Part shown: one piece after another, positions 1-10,599 of the stretch
How the letters are laid out: each line of letters opens with the position of its first letter
Position numbering within the stretch: the first letter of the stretch is position 1
DNA from: a virus
Taxonomy: Duplodnaviria > Caudoviricetes
Direction: 5' to 3' (one strand)
DNA length: 64,000 nt
Virus record (IMG/VR): IMGVR_UViG_3300011008_000021
Location: 1-64,000 of that record
Notes under the pieces: model-generated
What the model saw: the letters and a program-made list of their open reading frames with translations, nothing else
Databases searched by the model: none
What the model was told of the DNA's origin: nothing
Program-made: the position numbers and the translations under genes

Positions 1-78
1 ATTTTCTCTATATACATTTTCATCTATGTAGATACACATCTGAGTATAACTGACATCTTTGGGTTTCTTATAGAACAT
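1..78 (-). CDS. 5' end of a hypothetical gene running off the window (MFYKKPKDVSYTQMCIYIDENVYREN...)
   Basis: ATG at 78-76 abuts the stop of the SbcC-like gene; frame is open to base 1. Confidence 0.6.
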   Translation of the reverse strand, partial: MFYKKPKDVSYTQMCIYIDENVYREN

Positions 79-1938
79 TTATATCTGTATTCGACTTATT
101 CCGTCTACTCCTTTATTAATAATTAATTGATAATCAACAGGTAATTGAAGATCTGAGTGGTGTGAAATTATATAGATATTCTCTACATCTTTTAGCCTTG
201 TTGAAATTAAATTAAATACATTTTGACATCCAACGATATCAAGATTATCTGTTATTTCATCCAGAACTAAAATATTGGATGAAAAATTTAAATAATTACA
301 CAACATATCTCTAATTGAGAATTGAACAATTAGATCTATCTTCTGCTTCTCTCCTCCAGATAAACATTCATACTCTTTATTGTCATAAGATATAGATATG
401 TTATTTCCATCCAGACAAAACTCAATTCTATCTGTATTAAAAATATCTTTACAATAGATCTTAGCTTGAGTATTGATGTAGTTAATTATATTATTAAGTA
501 GATACCCTCTAAAATTTCTTTTTACTGAGGTATCAATCTTATTAATAATAGAAATATGATTATTAAGATTATCAATTATATTATTAATATACAATAAATC
601 TTTTTCTAACTGTTCAATTTGAATTTCATTTCTATTAATAAGTTCCGTATATAAAGAAACTTTTGAATCATGCTCGTTCTTAAGAATTTGTAACTTTGAA
701 AGTTCTAATTCTTCTTGCTTTATCTTAGATTCAGCATCAGTTATTTTTGAAGAATAATCATTTCTAAATTCTTGACACTTCTTAATTAAAGATCTAATTC
801 TAAGTAGATCAGCATCGAACTCTTTTTTTATTAGTTCTTTTTCTGTTATGATTTTCTTAGTTAATTCAGTGTATCGAAGTTCTTTCTGTTCAAGTTGTTG
901 TTCTAAAGAGAACTTATCTTCTTTTAACTTATCTGTACTTGGTTTATCTACATTTGGAAGTTTCTGCCCACAGGTAGGACAAACATCTTTAATAGATTCT
1001 ATTTCTAGAATCTTTCTATCTAAGGTAGAAATTTCAATTTTATAAGAATTTATTTCTTCCTTTAAATCGTTTAAGATTAAAGAATTATTTAATTCAATTT
1101 TTTCTATTTCTTTAAAACAACATGAATTTAGATCTTCCAATTCACTATTGTATTTTTCATACGAGATATTAGTAGTGTTAAGATCCACTTTTAATTTATC
1201 AACAGTCGAGGTTAGATATTCCACATCGGAAGAAAGTAATTTTATCTTGTTATCTATCTCTGATATATCTTGCAAGGAATTCAATGAACTCTTTGAATTT
1301 TCAATATCCTGCTTACATCTTTGACATAATGTAATCTTTTCTAATTTAGAATCCTCATTCGTTCTAAGTTGATTGGTTAAAATAGATTTTCTGTGTAAGA
1401 TTTTAGATTTAATATCTTCAATCATGAAGGAAGATTTTGAAAGTTTTTCTAAAACATCTTTTCTTCCTGAAGGAGTGTTATTTGAAAATCTTGTTGGTAA
1501 TCCCTGACCAAGAATAATTACAGATCCAATTAGATCAGAATTTAAATCAGGTAAACATTCTTCTAATATTTTTTGAGTATCTCTAATCCCTTTACCGCTA
1601 ATATCTTCATTGTTTTTTAACACAATTAATTTTGAAGGAGATTTTGATCTATCAATTACATATTCATCATTATCTACTTGTAGAGTTAAAATAATTCTAC
1701 AAGTATCTTCACTACCTATTCTCTGTACTTCTTTAGTTCCTCTGATAGTTTCTCCTGTTACACACCAAGTGATAGCTTCCCAAATACTTGATTTTCCAGA
1801 TCCATTAGAAGATGAATTATCCTTCTTAAAATAGTTATGTCCTTGAACAAATGTGTACCCTTTATTATTGAATTCAAGATTTTCTTGTTCAAAAGATAGA
1901 AAATTGTATATCTTTAAGTTTTTAAATTTTAAATTCAT
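79..1938 (-). CDS. sbcC: Rad50/SbcC (T4 gp46-like) recombination ATPase
   Basis: Walker A NGSGKS, long coiled coil with CPTC zinc hook, signature LSGGEKQ, Walker B LVLDE, H-loop ISHH. Confidence 0.93.
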   Translation of the reverse strand: MNLKFKNLKIYNFLSFEQENLEFNNKGYTFVQGHNYFKKDNSSSNGSGKSSIWEAITWCVTGETIRGTKEVQRIGSEDTCRIILTLQVDNDEYVIDRSKSPSKLIVLKNNEDISGKGIRDTQKILEECLPDLNSDLIGSVIILGQGLPTRFSNNTPSGRKDVLEKLSKSSFMIEDIKSKILHRKSILTNQLRTNEDSKLEKITLCQRCKQDIENSKSSLNSLQDISEIDNKIKLLSSDVEYLTSTVDKLKVDLNTTNISYEKYNSELEDLNSCCFKEIEKIELNNSLILNDLKEEINSYKIEISTLDRKILEIESIKDVCPTCGQKLPNVDKPSTDKLKEDKFSLEQQLEQKELRYTELTKKIITEKELIKKEFDADLLRIRSLIKKCQEFRNDYSSKITDAESKIKQEELELSKLQILKNEHDSKVSLYTELINRNEIQIEQLEKDLLYINNIIDNLNNHISIINKIDTSVKRNFRGYLLNNIINYINTQAKIYCKDIFNTDRIEFCLDGNNISISYDNKEYECLSGGEKQKIDLIVQFSIRDMLCNYLNFSSNILVLDEITDNLDIVGCQNVFNLISTRLKDVENIYIISHHSDLQLPVDYQLIINKGVDGISRIQI

Positions 1939-1939
1939 T

Positions 1940-2098
1940 TTACCATTCCTTTAAAGAAATAAGTTCATGCTCCATAAACTGATATTTTCTAAATCTATCT
2001 TCCAGTGCTTTTGCAAAGTCATAATTAAATGTTTGAGCAGCTTCTATTAGATCTTCATCGGAATTTTCATTATACCAGATATCATTTATATAAATCAT
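1940..2098 (-). CDS. small hypothetical protein, 52 aa (MIYINDIWYNENSDEDL...KEW), not in ORF track
   Basis: Fills the gap exactly; ATGA overlap with the upstream stop and stop 1 nt before the next ATG. Confidence 0.55.
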   Translation of the reverse strand: MIYINDIWYNENSDEDLIEAAQTFNYDFAKALEDRFRKYQFMEHELISLKEW

Positions 2099-3162
2099 TT
2101 GAGTATCTCCTCAATTTCTTCTTTTACAATATCAAGTGATCCGAGTTCTTGTAATATATAATTTTTAAATTCTTTAATATGATCTACTGATAATTGTAAA
2201 TTATTTTCCATGACGGTTTCTTCATCAGTGTTATCAGGAACAATAATAAATCTACATTCAATTATAGAATTATGGTGTGGTACTAATTCGTCTACTTCTG
2301 ATCCAAATCTCTTTTTTAAATATTCATAATTCTTTTCTTTACACCTGATCGTAACAACTGCATTCTTCATTTTTGAAGAAATTTCATTTATATATTCAAT
2401 AGAATCATTTTCAGTAAAATCAACTTTATAGAAATTAATTGCATATGGATTCTTATATACATCTATCTTTAAAGTTACTGTATCAATTACAAATACACAA
2501 TGATCATATACGAACCCATCTTCACTAAAATTCTGACCTGTTAGATTACCAATGTTAAATATTTTCGAGGATATTCTACTCTCATTATGAATATGTCCAT
2601 TTATAAATAGATCGCAACAATCTTCTATTTCACTAATAGAAAATCCATTTTTTGTAATGAACTTTCCAAGAGTGATACCTGCAATGTCATTGTGACTAAA
2701 AATAATTCTTTTTTTATTTGTATCCACAAAATAAGAATTTAAAGGTTCTCTATTATATTCAAGTATATAAGGCAAAAAACAGAGTTGGGTATCTTCGTCA
2801 AGCTCCAAAATTCTTGGTTCGTTAATAATACTAAAAGTATCTTTTAATCCAAATAAATGTGTGGAACTAAATTCAGAAGTATTTATACCAATTTCATGAT
2901 TACCTACAAGCATTATATGCTCTGCATTATCACAGAAAAACAGATCATTTAAGGCTGTAATTTCCATTGAATTAAGGGATTCTTTATCGAAGAAGTCTCC
3001 ACAATGAACAATCATCCTACAATTTAATTTTTCTGCAAGGTCTTCTGCCCAATTAATAGATTTAATTTGATTATCTAGACGTAAAGAATACTCATCTCCC
3101 CTTTTTCGTAAGATAGATGAGTATTGGCACCAGTGATTATCTGAATAACATAATATTTTCAT
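2095..3162 (-). CDS. sbcD: Mre11/SbcD (T4 gp47-like) metallophosphoesterase nuclease
   Basis: SDNH, GDFFD, GNHE, SHN and GHIH motifs; adjacent to SbcC. Confidence 0.9.
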   Translation of the reverse strand: MKILCYSDNHWCQYSSILRKRGDEYSLRLDNQIKSINWAEDLAEKLNCRMIVHCGDFFDKESLNSMEITALNDLFFCDNAEHIMLVGNHEIGINTSEFSSTHLFGLKDTFSIINEPRILELDEDTQLCFLPYILEYNREPLNSYFVDTNKKRIIFSHNDIAGITLGKFITKNGFSISEIEDCCDLFINGHIHNESRISSKIFNIGNLTGQNFSEDGFVYDHCVFVIDTVTLKIDVYKNPYAINFYKVDFTENDSIEYINEISSKMKNAVVTIRCKEKNYEYLKKRFGSEVDELVPHHNSIIECRFIIVPDNTDEETVMENNLQLSVDHIKEFKNYILQELGSLDIVKEEIEEILK

Positions 3163-3247
3163 ATTTTATATAAGACCATAGAAAAACAATAAAGAAATAT
3201 AAATAACTGCTGATACAATTATAAATCCAAATAATGTTTTAAATTCA

Positions 3248-3559
3248 TTACTCATTTTTTGTACCCCAATAAACCGACATTCTTTCTTTCATAGCGTTAC
3301 GTTGTTCTTCTGACATCTCACGTTTCTTACGATAAGGATTTTTTCCAAACCTAAAAGGCCACAAAGCACAGTTTGTACAAGAACAATATTTAACCTCATC
3401 ACGCTGATATGCACAACAATCTAAACATCGTTTTCTAACTGCTTTTAAAACACTTGTAATTCTTTCTCCTGTATAACCATCTACCACAATATCAGAATCT
3501 TCATCATCCGTTTCGTCTGCTATGTTTAAATTAATATCTTCCAATGATGTCCTCCTCAA
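3248..3559 (-). CDS. hypothetical Cys-rich (putative Zn-binding) protein
   Basis: CLDCC...CSCTNC cluster; tightly packed in operon. Confidence 0.6.
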   Translation of the reverse strand: MRRTSLEDINLNIADETDDEDSDIVVDGYTGERITSVLKAVRKRCLDCCAYQRDEVKYCSCTNCALWPFRFGKNPYRKKREMSEEQRNAMKERMSVYWGTKNE

Positions 3560-4464
3560 TTAAGAATATTTATCAATAAATAATCAATTAGAATATCAAT
3601 TGATATTGTACCTGTTTTTATCTTCTTGTCAATATCACACAATAATTTAAAAATCTCAATTAATTTATCATTAGTATAATATCCGCAACTATATTTAATA
3701 GCCCAAAATCTACTCTTTTGAATTCCAGAAGTTTCTGGAGTAAGTCTTGGATCAAATTGAAGTGTAATTATATCTCTAAATGAATTTAGTAAGATTGTAA
3801 CAACACCTAAAGGTTCAATATCTATATTTTCTTTCTCATTATAGATAGACTTTAAAGTCTCAAAGTCTTTTTTTATAATCGCATTTGTAAAATCAAAAAT
3901 TGAATATTTACTAATATCGCTAAAAATATTATCGTCAAGAAAACTATTAAAAGCATGTAATCTTTCAGCCTCGTTGAAAATACATATTTTTGAAATTTCA
4001 TTGTCTAGACGATAAATATTATTCTTACATTTTTCTATTAATATATCAAGTTTCTTTTGATCAATACCCTCTAGAGTAGAGTACACATAATCTTTTATTT
4101 GCCAATCCTCTAATTTAGGTATTTCATATATATATTCAGTGTACTGATCTTTAATTGATTTTTCCACTCTATTTGTAATAATTATAACATTTTTTCTTGA
4201 AAAAATCAACTCATTAAGTTCTGATAATCTATCGCATCTATGAACTTTAATAGACAAATCATTAAATTCTGTTTCTCCAAATATGTTAGCAGAAAATAAA
4301 GATTCAATAGAACTAAGATACTCAATTACTTGATTTTTAATTTTTGCAATATATTCGATGTATTGTAAAGCAACAAAATCAATATCAGATAGTTCAAATA
4401 TAATTAGTTCATCTGATATTGATTTATTTTCTATTTCTTTTTTTAACTTTTCGAGATTATTCAT
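3556..4464 (-). CDS. holA: DNA polymerase III delta-like clamp-loader subunit
   Basis: RLDNEISK, IFDFTNAI and LCDIDKKIKTG segments typical of delta; clustered with delta' and DnaX. Confidence 0.75.
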   Translation of the reverse strand: MNNLEKLKKEIENKSISDELIIFELSDIDFVALQYIEYIAKIKNQVIEYLSSIESLFSANIFGETEFNDLSIKVHRCDRLSELNELIFSRKNVIIITNRVEKSIKDQYTEYIYEIPKLEDWQIKDYVYSTLEGIDQKKLDILIEKCKNNIYRLDNEISKICIFNEAERLHAFNSFLDDNIFSDISKYSIFDFTNAIIKKDFETLKSIYNEKENIDIEPLGVVTILLNSFRDIITLQFDPRLTPETSGIQKSRFWAIKYSCGYYTNDKLIEIFKLLCDIDKKIKTGTISIDILIDYLLINILN

Positions 4465-5240
4465 ATTGAATATTTTAAATTTATTATATACTTTTCAAAC
4501 AACAATTTCTTATTAATATGAGGTATAGATAGAGCGTTATTTAACTCATTCGTTAAGATGTAGATATTTGGAGAAATTGATTTTGAAATATGTAACAATA
4601 CCTTACAAAATAAATCAACATTATAATTATTATCAATAGAATTATCAAAATATAATTTATTGCTAATAGTTAAACAATTTGAAAGATTTGCGGTTTTAAT
4701 ATACTGAAATACCTTATTGGCGAAATTATACATGCTAACAAAATCAACATTTGAAAACTTTATAACATCTCCAGGAGTTCTAGAAATCTCAATAATTAGA
4801 TCAAGCGATCTTTCATCTGCTGTATCTGAAGTTAAAAAAGTTCTTAAATTATCTTTTGTGTATCTTTGTAGATCTAAATTATAGCAACGATTTTTAATCG
4901 TATCCAAAAGTAGATTATTAGAATTTAATAACACAATAAAAATTAGGTTAGATGGTTCTTCCAAAAATTTTAAAATTACATTTTGTTCTTTTACAGAAAT
5001 TTTATCAGAATCTATTAGATACATCTGTGGTAATGGTGATAAATATATTTCTGTTATTTTTTCAAGATTTAACTCCTCAGTTATATCAACAAGTGATAAA
5101 TTAAAATAATCTGAAATATAACTACATACCAGATGCTTTCCAGATCCTTGATGGCCTTCTAATAGAATGGTATGAGGTAAGGTATTAATTGTAAATTGAT
5201 TTATATGAGATATTAGTTTATCTTGATATAAAATATTCAT
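4461..5240 (-). CDS. holB: DNA polymerase III delta'-like clamp-loader subunit
   Basis: PHTILLEGHQGSGK degenerate P-loop, QNVILKFLEEP, LLDTIKNRC (SRC-like). Confidence 0.82.
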   Translation of the reverse strand: MNILYQDKLISHINQFTINTLPHTILLEGHQGSGKHLVCSYISDYFNLSLVDITEELNLEKITEIYLSPLPQMYLIDSDKISVKEQNVILKFLEEPSNLIFIVLLNSNNLLLDTIKNRCYNLDLQRYTKDNLRTFLTSDTADERSLDLIIEISRTPGDVIKFSNVDFVSMYNFANKVFQYIKTANLSNCLTISNKLYFDNSIDNNYNVDLFCKVLLHISKSISPNIYILTNELNNALSIPHINKKLLFEKYIINLKYSI

Positions 5241-6257
5241 TTACTGTAACCTCAACATCTTACAAAAAATTACTTCGATCGTACTTAATGGATTAATATC
5301 ATTTTTTAACATGTTCTTCAATTCTAGAAGTTGATTAGTATAATAATTATAATAGCTTATAGAATTATCAAATAATGTACAACTTTTTAATTCATTTTCC
5401 ATTATCTGAGGTATTTTTGTCATTCTACAATCTTTAAATAAACAGTATTTTGATAAGTCAATACAAAAATCTAAAAACCTGTCAACAAATAATTTTAAAT
5501 CAGTTCCTTCATTATATATCTTGTCAATAATTTCGTACAACTTCTTTTCGTTACCATCAAGTAAGCAGTTCACCAATTCAAAGAAATTAGAATATGAATA
5601 ATCACCTAATGCTTCGATAACATTATTAATAGATAAATCTATATCATACGATGCACATTTTTCTAGATTAGCTATGGCGTCTCTAACCTGACCGTTACTT
5701 ATCTTACTTATATAATTGCAGGCATCGTTGTAATTTAAAAATCCCTCATTTTTACATATATCAATTAATCTTTCTTCAATGTCTTTTGGATTAATTCTAT
5801 TAAAATTAAAAATCTGACATCTATTCTTAATAGTATCAGGAATTTTATTTTTTTCTGTGGTGCAAAAAATAAATATAGTATATGCGGGTGGCTCCTCAAT
5901 ACATTTAAGAAAAGCCTGCCACGACTGAGAAGTTAAGGAATGTGCTTCATCAATTATATAAACTTTATACTCCGAATCTAAAGATCTTTCGTTTGCAGAT
6001 CTGATTATTTCTTTTACATTTTCAACTCCGTTATTAGATGCTGCGTCAATTTCTATTGGAGAACCTTTACCGTTATTAATTTCATTTGCTAATATTCTAG
6101 CACATGTTGTCTTTCCACAACCTGAAGACCCTTGAAATATATAACAGTTTTTAAATTCTTTTAACTGAACTTGTCTTGTCAAAATTTTCTTTATTGACTC
6201 CTGACCAATAACTGTATCAAATGTTGAAGGTCTACATTTCGTAGCTAAAGATGCCAT
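5241..6257 (-). CDS. dnaX: DNA polymerase III gamma/tau clamp-loader ATPase (gamma-length)
   Basis: RPSTFDTVIGQ, GSSGCGKTT, EIDAASNNGV, IIDEAH, AFLKCIEEPP, TIKNRCQ, GQVRDA. Confidence 0.95.
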   Translation of the reverse strand: MASLATKCRPSTFDTVIGQESIKKILTRQVQLKEFKNCYIFQGSSGCGKTTCARILANEINNGKGSPIEIDAASNNGVENVKEIIRSANERSLDSEYKVYIIDEAHSLTSQSWQAFLKCIEEPPAYTIFIFCTTEKNKIPDTIKNRCQIFNFNRINPKDIEERLIDICKNEGFLNYNDACNYISKISNGQVRDAIANLEKCASYDIDLSINNVIEALGDYSYSNFFELVNCLLDGNEKKLYEIIDKIYNEGTDLKLFVDRFLDFCIDLSKYCLFKDCRMTKIPQIMENELKSCTLFDNSISYYNYYTNQLLELKNMLKNDINPLSTIEVIFCKMLRLQ

Positions 6258-6361
6258 TTAATTTCAACTCCATTTAATTTAACCATATAAATAATAATAT
6301 ATTTTACGGTCTATTAACATTTAATAATATAATTTATTACCTAAACAAGTAATGAAGATTT

Positions 6362-6724
6362 TCATAATAAATTAAGTATCTTAACACAATCAATTGGTAA
6401 CCAACCAGACCAACTATTTACAGAATTAACTCCAGTTCCAGATACTTTAATCATATTTCCCATCTTCTCTAATACTTCCACATTCATTAATTTATCTTTT
6501 GGTATAATATTATTATTCCACTGAACATGAAGAATTAAAAATTCTTTTTCTGGATTAAGTAGAGTATCATTTAATTCTATTTTATAATATTTACCTTTTT
6601 CAAAGGATAGGCAGTCTACTGATCTTGTTCCTTTAAAAATAAATATTTCTGTAGTATTATTATCGTATTCCGGTAAAATTGCTACAGAAATATTTTTTAG
6701 TTCTTTTTCTATGAGTTTATTCAT
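6362..6724 (-). CDS. hypothetical protein
   Basis: ORF with overlapping start/stop junction; no motif recognised. Confidence 0.6.
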   Translation of the reverse strand: MNKLIEKELKNISVAILPEYDNNTTEIFIFKGTRSVDCLSFEKGKYYKIELNDTLLNPEKEFLILHVQWNNNIIPKDKLMNVEVLEKMGNMIKVSGTGVNSVNSWSGWLPIDCVKILNLL

Positions 6725-7392
6725 TTTTCTTGTAACTCATTAATTGATAATATCATTTCTGTACTTTCATCAACATAAGCAGATAACATATCTGCTACAT
6801 GAAGTAATACAGCTAATGGAAATCTATTATAAATTGAAGTCACGTTAAATTTAATTGAATCTTCACTCATTCCACCATGATGATGTAAAATAGCAATAGA
6901 TTCTTCAAGAGTTAATGGACAATACTGTCTTATCAGAAACTCTGAATTAATTTCATGGTTTCCATAAATGAACCTATTTTCTGAATCTCTAACCTTATAA
7001 TCAGCTAACTGCATCCAATCATATCTTCCACCAGTGTCGTATTTAGAACCACTCTCGCTGTAGACTTTCTGGTTCTTATAGTAAATCTCATAAAAATTCT
7101 TTTTTGACAAATCATGAAATAATGAGACAATCTTAACACTATCTTCATCAATTTTCATGTCTTTCATCAAAATTAATTTACAAAGATTATCGTAGACATT
7201 TAGCGTATGTTGAACAAGTCCGCCTTTAAATGAGTTATGATATTTTGTAGAGGCTGGAGCAACATACCAATCTGAATTTTCTAAATGACTCAAGAGAAGG
7301 TCTTTATTAAAACCTTCTCTTGAAATTGTTTTAACTAAATCGATAAATCTAATTTTATTATTTTCAATCTGTTTCTGTGAAAGCATTACCAC
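6721..7392 (-). CDS. HD-domain phosphohydrolase (YhaM/Cbf-like HD core)
   Basis: APASTKYH..GGLVQH, LFHDLSK, ILHHHG, LLHVADM. Confidence 0.85.
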   Translation of the reverse strand: MVMLSQKQIENNKIRFIDLVKTISREGFNKDLLLSHLENSDWYVAPASTKYHNSFKGGLVQHTLNVYDNLCKLILMKDMKIDEDSVKIVSLFHDLSKKNFYEIYYKNQKVYSESGSKYDTGGRYDWMQLADYKVRDSENRFIYGNHEINSEFLIRQYCPLTLEESIAILHHHGGMSEDSIKFNVTSIYNRFPLAVLLHVADMLSAYVDESTEMILSINELQEK

Positions 7393-7631
7393 ACCCTAAT
7401 AGAATCTAAATAATTTGTAACTACTCTAATGACATCTTTATCTTCATTGTACATAGCAAGTTTTCTGAGATACGCACCCTGCTTATGAAGCTTATATTTT
7501 GGATCTACATGGTATCTAACCGTAGCAGGTGCAATATTGTACGCATTAGACAACTGTGCAATACTAACACCACTTTCATACAGCTTCTTCATAATTACTT
7601 CATTGTTCTTCGTAACCTTCATAAACATCAA
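7386..7631 (-). CDS. small helix-turn-helix protein
   Basis: LYESGVSIAQLSNAYNIAPATVRYHV HTH pattern. Confidence 0.6.
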   Translation of the reverse strand: MMFMKVTKNNEVIMKKLYESGVSIAQLSNAYNIAPATVRYHVDPKYKLHKQGAYLRKLAMYNEDKDVIRVVTNYLDSIRVW

Positions 7632-7673
7632 TCCTTTCGTTTATAGAATATAAAAATAATGATTATAAGCTAT

Positions 7674-8042
7674 TTATCTAGGTCTATGACCATACACGTC
7701 TTTATACCAATCACTATACCAATCGAACCAATCATTATTAGCATCGTTCTTATGCTTATTATAATAAGCTCTTAATTTCTTTTTTTCGTTTTTATTTTCC
7801 TTAATTCTGGTGTCATAATTTTCAATAAATGTTGCAACAGAATTGATATTGTTTCCACCTACCCAGGGAAGGGAACAATTAACAAGGAAGTAATCAATTT
7901 CATCAAAAGAAGAAATATTAAAACCACAAGTAATAATAGTGATCTTCTCGCCAGTGTTCTTCATTTCAATAGTGATCTCTTTGAAGTTGCTCTTAGCAAG
8001 TCTTTCTGTAAGTTCCTTCACTATTCTGTCGTGCATGGTCAT
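7674..8042 (-). CDS. hypothetical protein with its own sigmaA-type promoter
   Basis: RBS AAGGAAGG; C-terminal WYSDWYKDVYGHRPR. Confidence 0.65.
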   Translation of the reverse strand: MTMHDRIVKELTERLAKSNFKEITIEMKNTGEKITIITCGFNISSFDEIDYFLVNCSLPWVGGNNINSVATFIENYDTRIKENKNEKKKLRAYYNKHKNDANNDWFDWYSDWYKDVYGHRPR

Positions 8043-8080
8043 GATTGAAACCTTCCTTTCAAACTAATTCTTACATTAAG

Positions 8081-8109
8081 ATTATAACATATATATATGA
8101 ATTTGTCAA
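8081..8109 (-). promoter_or_regulatory. consensus sigma70/sigmaA promoter
   Basis: TTGACA (8109-8104), 17 nt, TGnTATAAT (8086-8081). Confidence 0.85.
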
Positions 8110-8110
8110 T

Positions 8111-8142
8111 AAAAAAGGAAGGAGATTTTAATCTCCTTCCTT
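8111..8142 (-). terminator. intrinsic terminator
   Basis: AAGGAAGGAGAT-TAAA-ATCTCCTTCCTT followed by a T run. Confidence 0.8.
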
Positions 8143-8493
8143 ATATAAATTGCAAAGATATTCTACCAACAACGCCATTAATTTTTCCGAAATTACATAA
8201 TAATTGTCTGTGCCTGGACCAAAATTAAAACAAATACAACTATTATCCATCCGCATATCTTTGCACTCAACAATATTTTTATCAATCCACTCTTTCTTTA
8301 TAGCAAAAGAATTCTTTTCTGAAGTGCTGCATTTACATTCAATTAACATTGAAATATCTTTCTGTATACAATCCCCTTTTTTGAACTTACCTGCACCTGA
8401 GTTTGGTTGCTGCACAGCATTCAATGCTTTACAAACTGATTTTTCATGTAGATCTGAATAGTACCTGGTGGATTCTTTATTCTTTGTACTCAT
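8128..8493 (-). CDS. PD-(D/E)XK nuclease, Holliday-junction-resolvase-like
   Basis: E..V, NSGAG..KGD, LIECK motifs. Confidence 0.7.
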   Translation of the reverse strand: MSTKNKESTRYYSDLHEKSVCKALNAVQQPNSGAGKFKKGDCIQKDISMLIECKCSTSEKNSFAIKKEWIDKNIVECKDMRMDNSCICFNFGPGTDNYYVISEKLMALLVEYLCNLYKEGD

Positions 8494-9007
8494 CTAATTT
8501 ATCTATAATACTTTTAATAATTTCTTCTATAAGATTTTTTGAATTTTCATTCATTATAATCATTGATTTATGATTATTATACCAATCTTGAATTTCATAT
8601 AGATTACCTTGTTTCCAAGAAAAAGACCACCAATCTAGAATCATTTCTATTAGATATTCGTAAGGAATTTCAAGTGGTGTTGGTTTCTTAGTATCATCCT
8701 CATATAATAACCAATATTGCCAATGATGTGGATTATTATGAATATGATGAAGCCAAGCATAATTAAAAGCATTTTGAATATCTTCATCTTCTTTATTTCC
8801 ATAAAAGTATTCTCTATATGGTATCCATTCATTGCAGGAAGATTTTGAATCATCATGAGTTCTGATGTTCATTTGAATCATTGTTTCGTAATTACAATCT
8901 TCATGAATAAATATATTAGGAAGATTTTTATGTAACCACTCAAACCCAAAATTGATATTGTCTAAATGATTTTTTAAATAATTTGAATATTCTTGATTTT
9001 TGTTCAT
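8477..9007 (-). CDS. HD-like His-rich protein (DUF5662-like)
   Basis: THDDSK, AWLHHIHNNPHHWQYW, EMILDWWS. Confidence 0.65.
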   Translation of the reverse strand: MNKNQEYSNYLKNHLDNINFGFEWLHKNLPNIFIHEDCNYETMIQMNIRTHDDSKSSCNEWIPYREYFYGNKEDEDIQNAFNYAWLHHIHNNPHHWQYWLLYEDDTKKPTPLEIPYEYLIEMILDWWSFSWKQGNLYEIQDWYNNHKSMIIMNENSKNLIEEIIKSIIDKLDEYKE

Positions 9008-9081
9008 CTTAAATCATCCTCTAGACGAATAAGAGTATCAACAGCATTCTTCAAAGCTATTATTTCTTCATTACTAATCAT

Positions 9082-9110
9082 AATATAATTTGAATTATAA
9101 CTTTTGTCAA
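9082..9110 (-). promoter_or_regulatory. probable sigmaA promoter
   Basis: TTGACA, 17 nt, TATATT in intergenic gap. Confidence 0.5.
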
Positions 9111-9149
9111 CCAAATTATTTAGATATTTAATAATATCGTGATTATTCA

Positions 9150-10340
9150 TTAGATGTCCTCCAATCCCGCTGTTGTATTCAAATCAATTCCAAATACTTC
9201 TTTAGAATCTCTATAATCAAGCATATTCTTAAATGCTTCCATATTTGAAGTATCTTTCTTACTTATTAATTCATATACCTTATCATACAATCTTCTATAT
9301 TGATCAATATGTTCTTTAAAATAAGGTTTTATATTTTTCTTACCTCTTATTTTAATTTCATTACCCTCAGAATCTTTTAAAATTTCTCCAGTATCAATAT
9401 CAATTAATTTAAATGATCCTTGAACAGAATTATCAATTAAACCAAGTTTAACTGCAATATCTATAGTATCTTGTAAGATGTCGGGTCCATCAGTATATGA
9501 GAATACACAAGATCCAATCTTTCTGTCCCATCTACACACCTTGGTTTTAACAACAGCCATATCTAATCTGTAGCCGTATGGGGATTCAGCTGAAGAAGTT
9601 AATGTATTTCCATCCTCATCCAGAAACTCTCCTCGCTTAATCATTAAACGAACTGAACAACCAAATTTCCATTGATTTCCACCTGGTACAGTATAAGGTA
9701 ATCCATACCCACCAATATTGTCTCTCATTTGATTAATACCGATAAGAGTACAATCATATTTAACAAGCATACTGGTAATTCTCGCAACAAAACTTGTAAG
9801 AAGCTTGGCGATTCCACCCATTTCCTTCTTTTCAAAAGATTCATCGTATACTTGCTCACCTACAAGCATTGGAATACTATCAATTATACATAATCCAATT
9901 TCTCCTGTCTTAATAAATTCTCTTACATAATCTAGAATTATTTCTGCAGATACATCAACTGGACCAAAATAAATTGTTTGAACTTCTGCATCTTTAGACA
10001 TATCATAACCAGTCTTAATAGCCCATTCGCTATCTACAGTATGTTCCAAATCTACATACAGAATCTTCTTTCTTTCTTCAACAGGTTTCTTTATTTCTTC
10101 TCTTTGAAATGAAGCAGCTAGAAGAAATGCACAAGTTGTCTTTCCACTACCTTCTTTACCAAATATCTCTATAATTCTATCTCTAGGTAAAGAATTATAA
10201 AGACAGTAATCAAGACCTGGTGTTCCTAATGACAATGTACCTCTCTTTGTAATATCAGGAGCCCCAATAACAGCAACATTATCATTAAATTTTTTATTTA
10301 GATTTTTCAGAACTTCGTTAAGAGTTTTAACTTCAGCCAT
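9150..10340 (-). CDS. recA: RecA/UvsX recombinase
   Basis: EIFGKEGSGKTT, YVDLEH, IIDSI, GINQMR, PGGNQWKF, VVKTKV. Confidence 0.95.
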   Translation of the reverse strand: MAEVKTLNEVLKNLNKKFNDNVAVIGAPDITKRGTLSLGTPGLDYCLYNSLPRDRIIEIFGKEGSGKTTCAFLLAASFQREEIKKPVEERKKILYVDLEHTVDSEWAIKTGYDMSKDAEVQTIYFGPVDVSAEIILDYVREFIKTGEIGLCIIDSIPMLVGEQVYDESFEKKEMGGIAKLLTSFVARITSMLVKYDCTLIGINQMRDNIGGYGLPYTVPGGNQWKFGCSVRLMIKRGEFLDEDGNTLTSSAESPYGYRLDMAVVKTKVCRWDRKIGSCVFSYTDGPDILQDTIDIAVKLGLIDNSVQGSFKLIDIDTGEILKDSEGNEIKIRGKKNIKPYFKEHIDQYRRLYDKVYELISKKDTSNMEAFKNMLDYRDSKEVFGIDLNTTAGLEDI

Positions 10341-10599
10341 TAAGCATCCTCCTAATTCTTTCTAGAAAACCATTCTTTTTAACGGAAACTGAAGTAGTTT
10401 CTTTTGCACTATTCTTCAATAACTCAGCTTCCATCGAACGAACCTCTTTAAAAATTTCTTTTGTATAATACTGAATAATTTTATTATTTGACATATTCTT
10501 TAAATTATAGGAAGAAATTTTTACACAATATTCTTGAATTCTATCAAGAGATTCAATATACCTGTTCCTCTCTTCTTGTCTAATTAAAGTATTATTCAT
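10333..10599 (-). CDS. hypothetical protein
   Basis: ORF in tightly packed operon. Confidence 0.55.
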   Translation of the reverse strand: MNNTLIRQEERNRYIESLDRIQEYCVKISSYNLKNMSNNKIIQYYTKEIFKEVRSMEAELLKNSAKETTSVSVKKNGFLERIRRMLNG

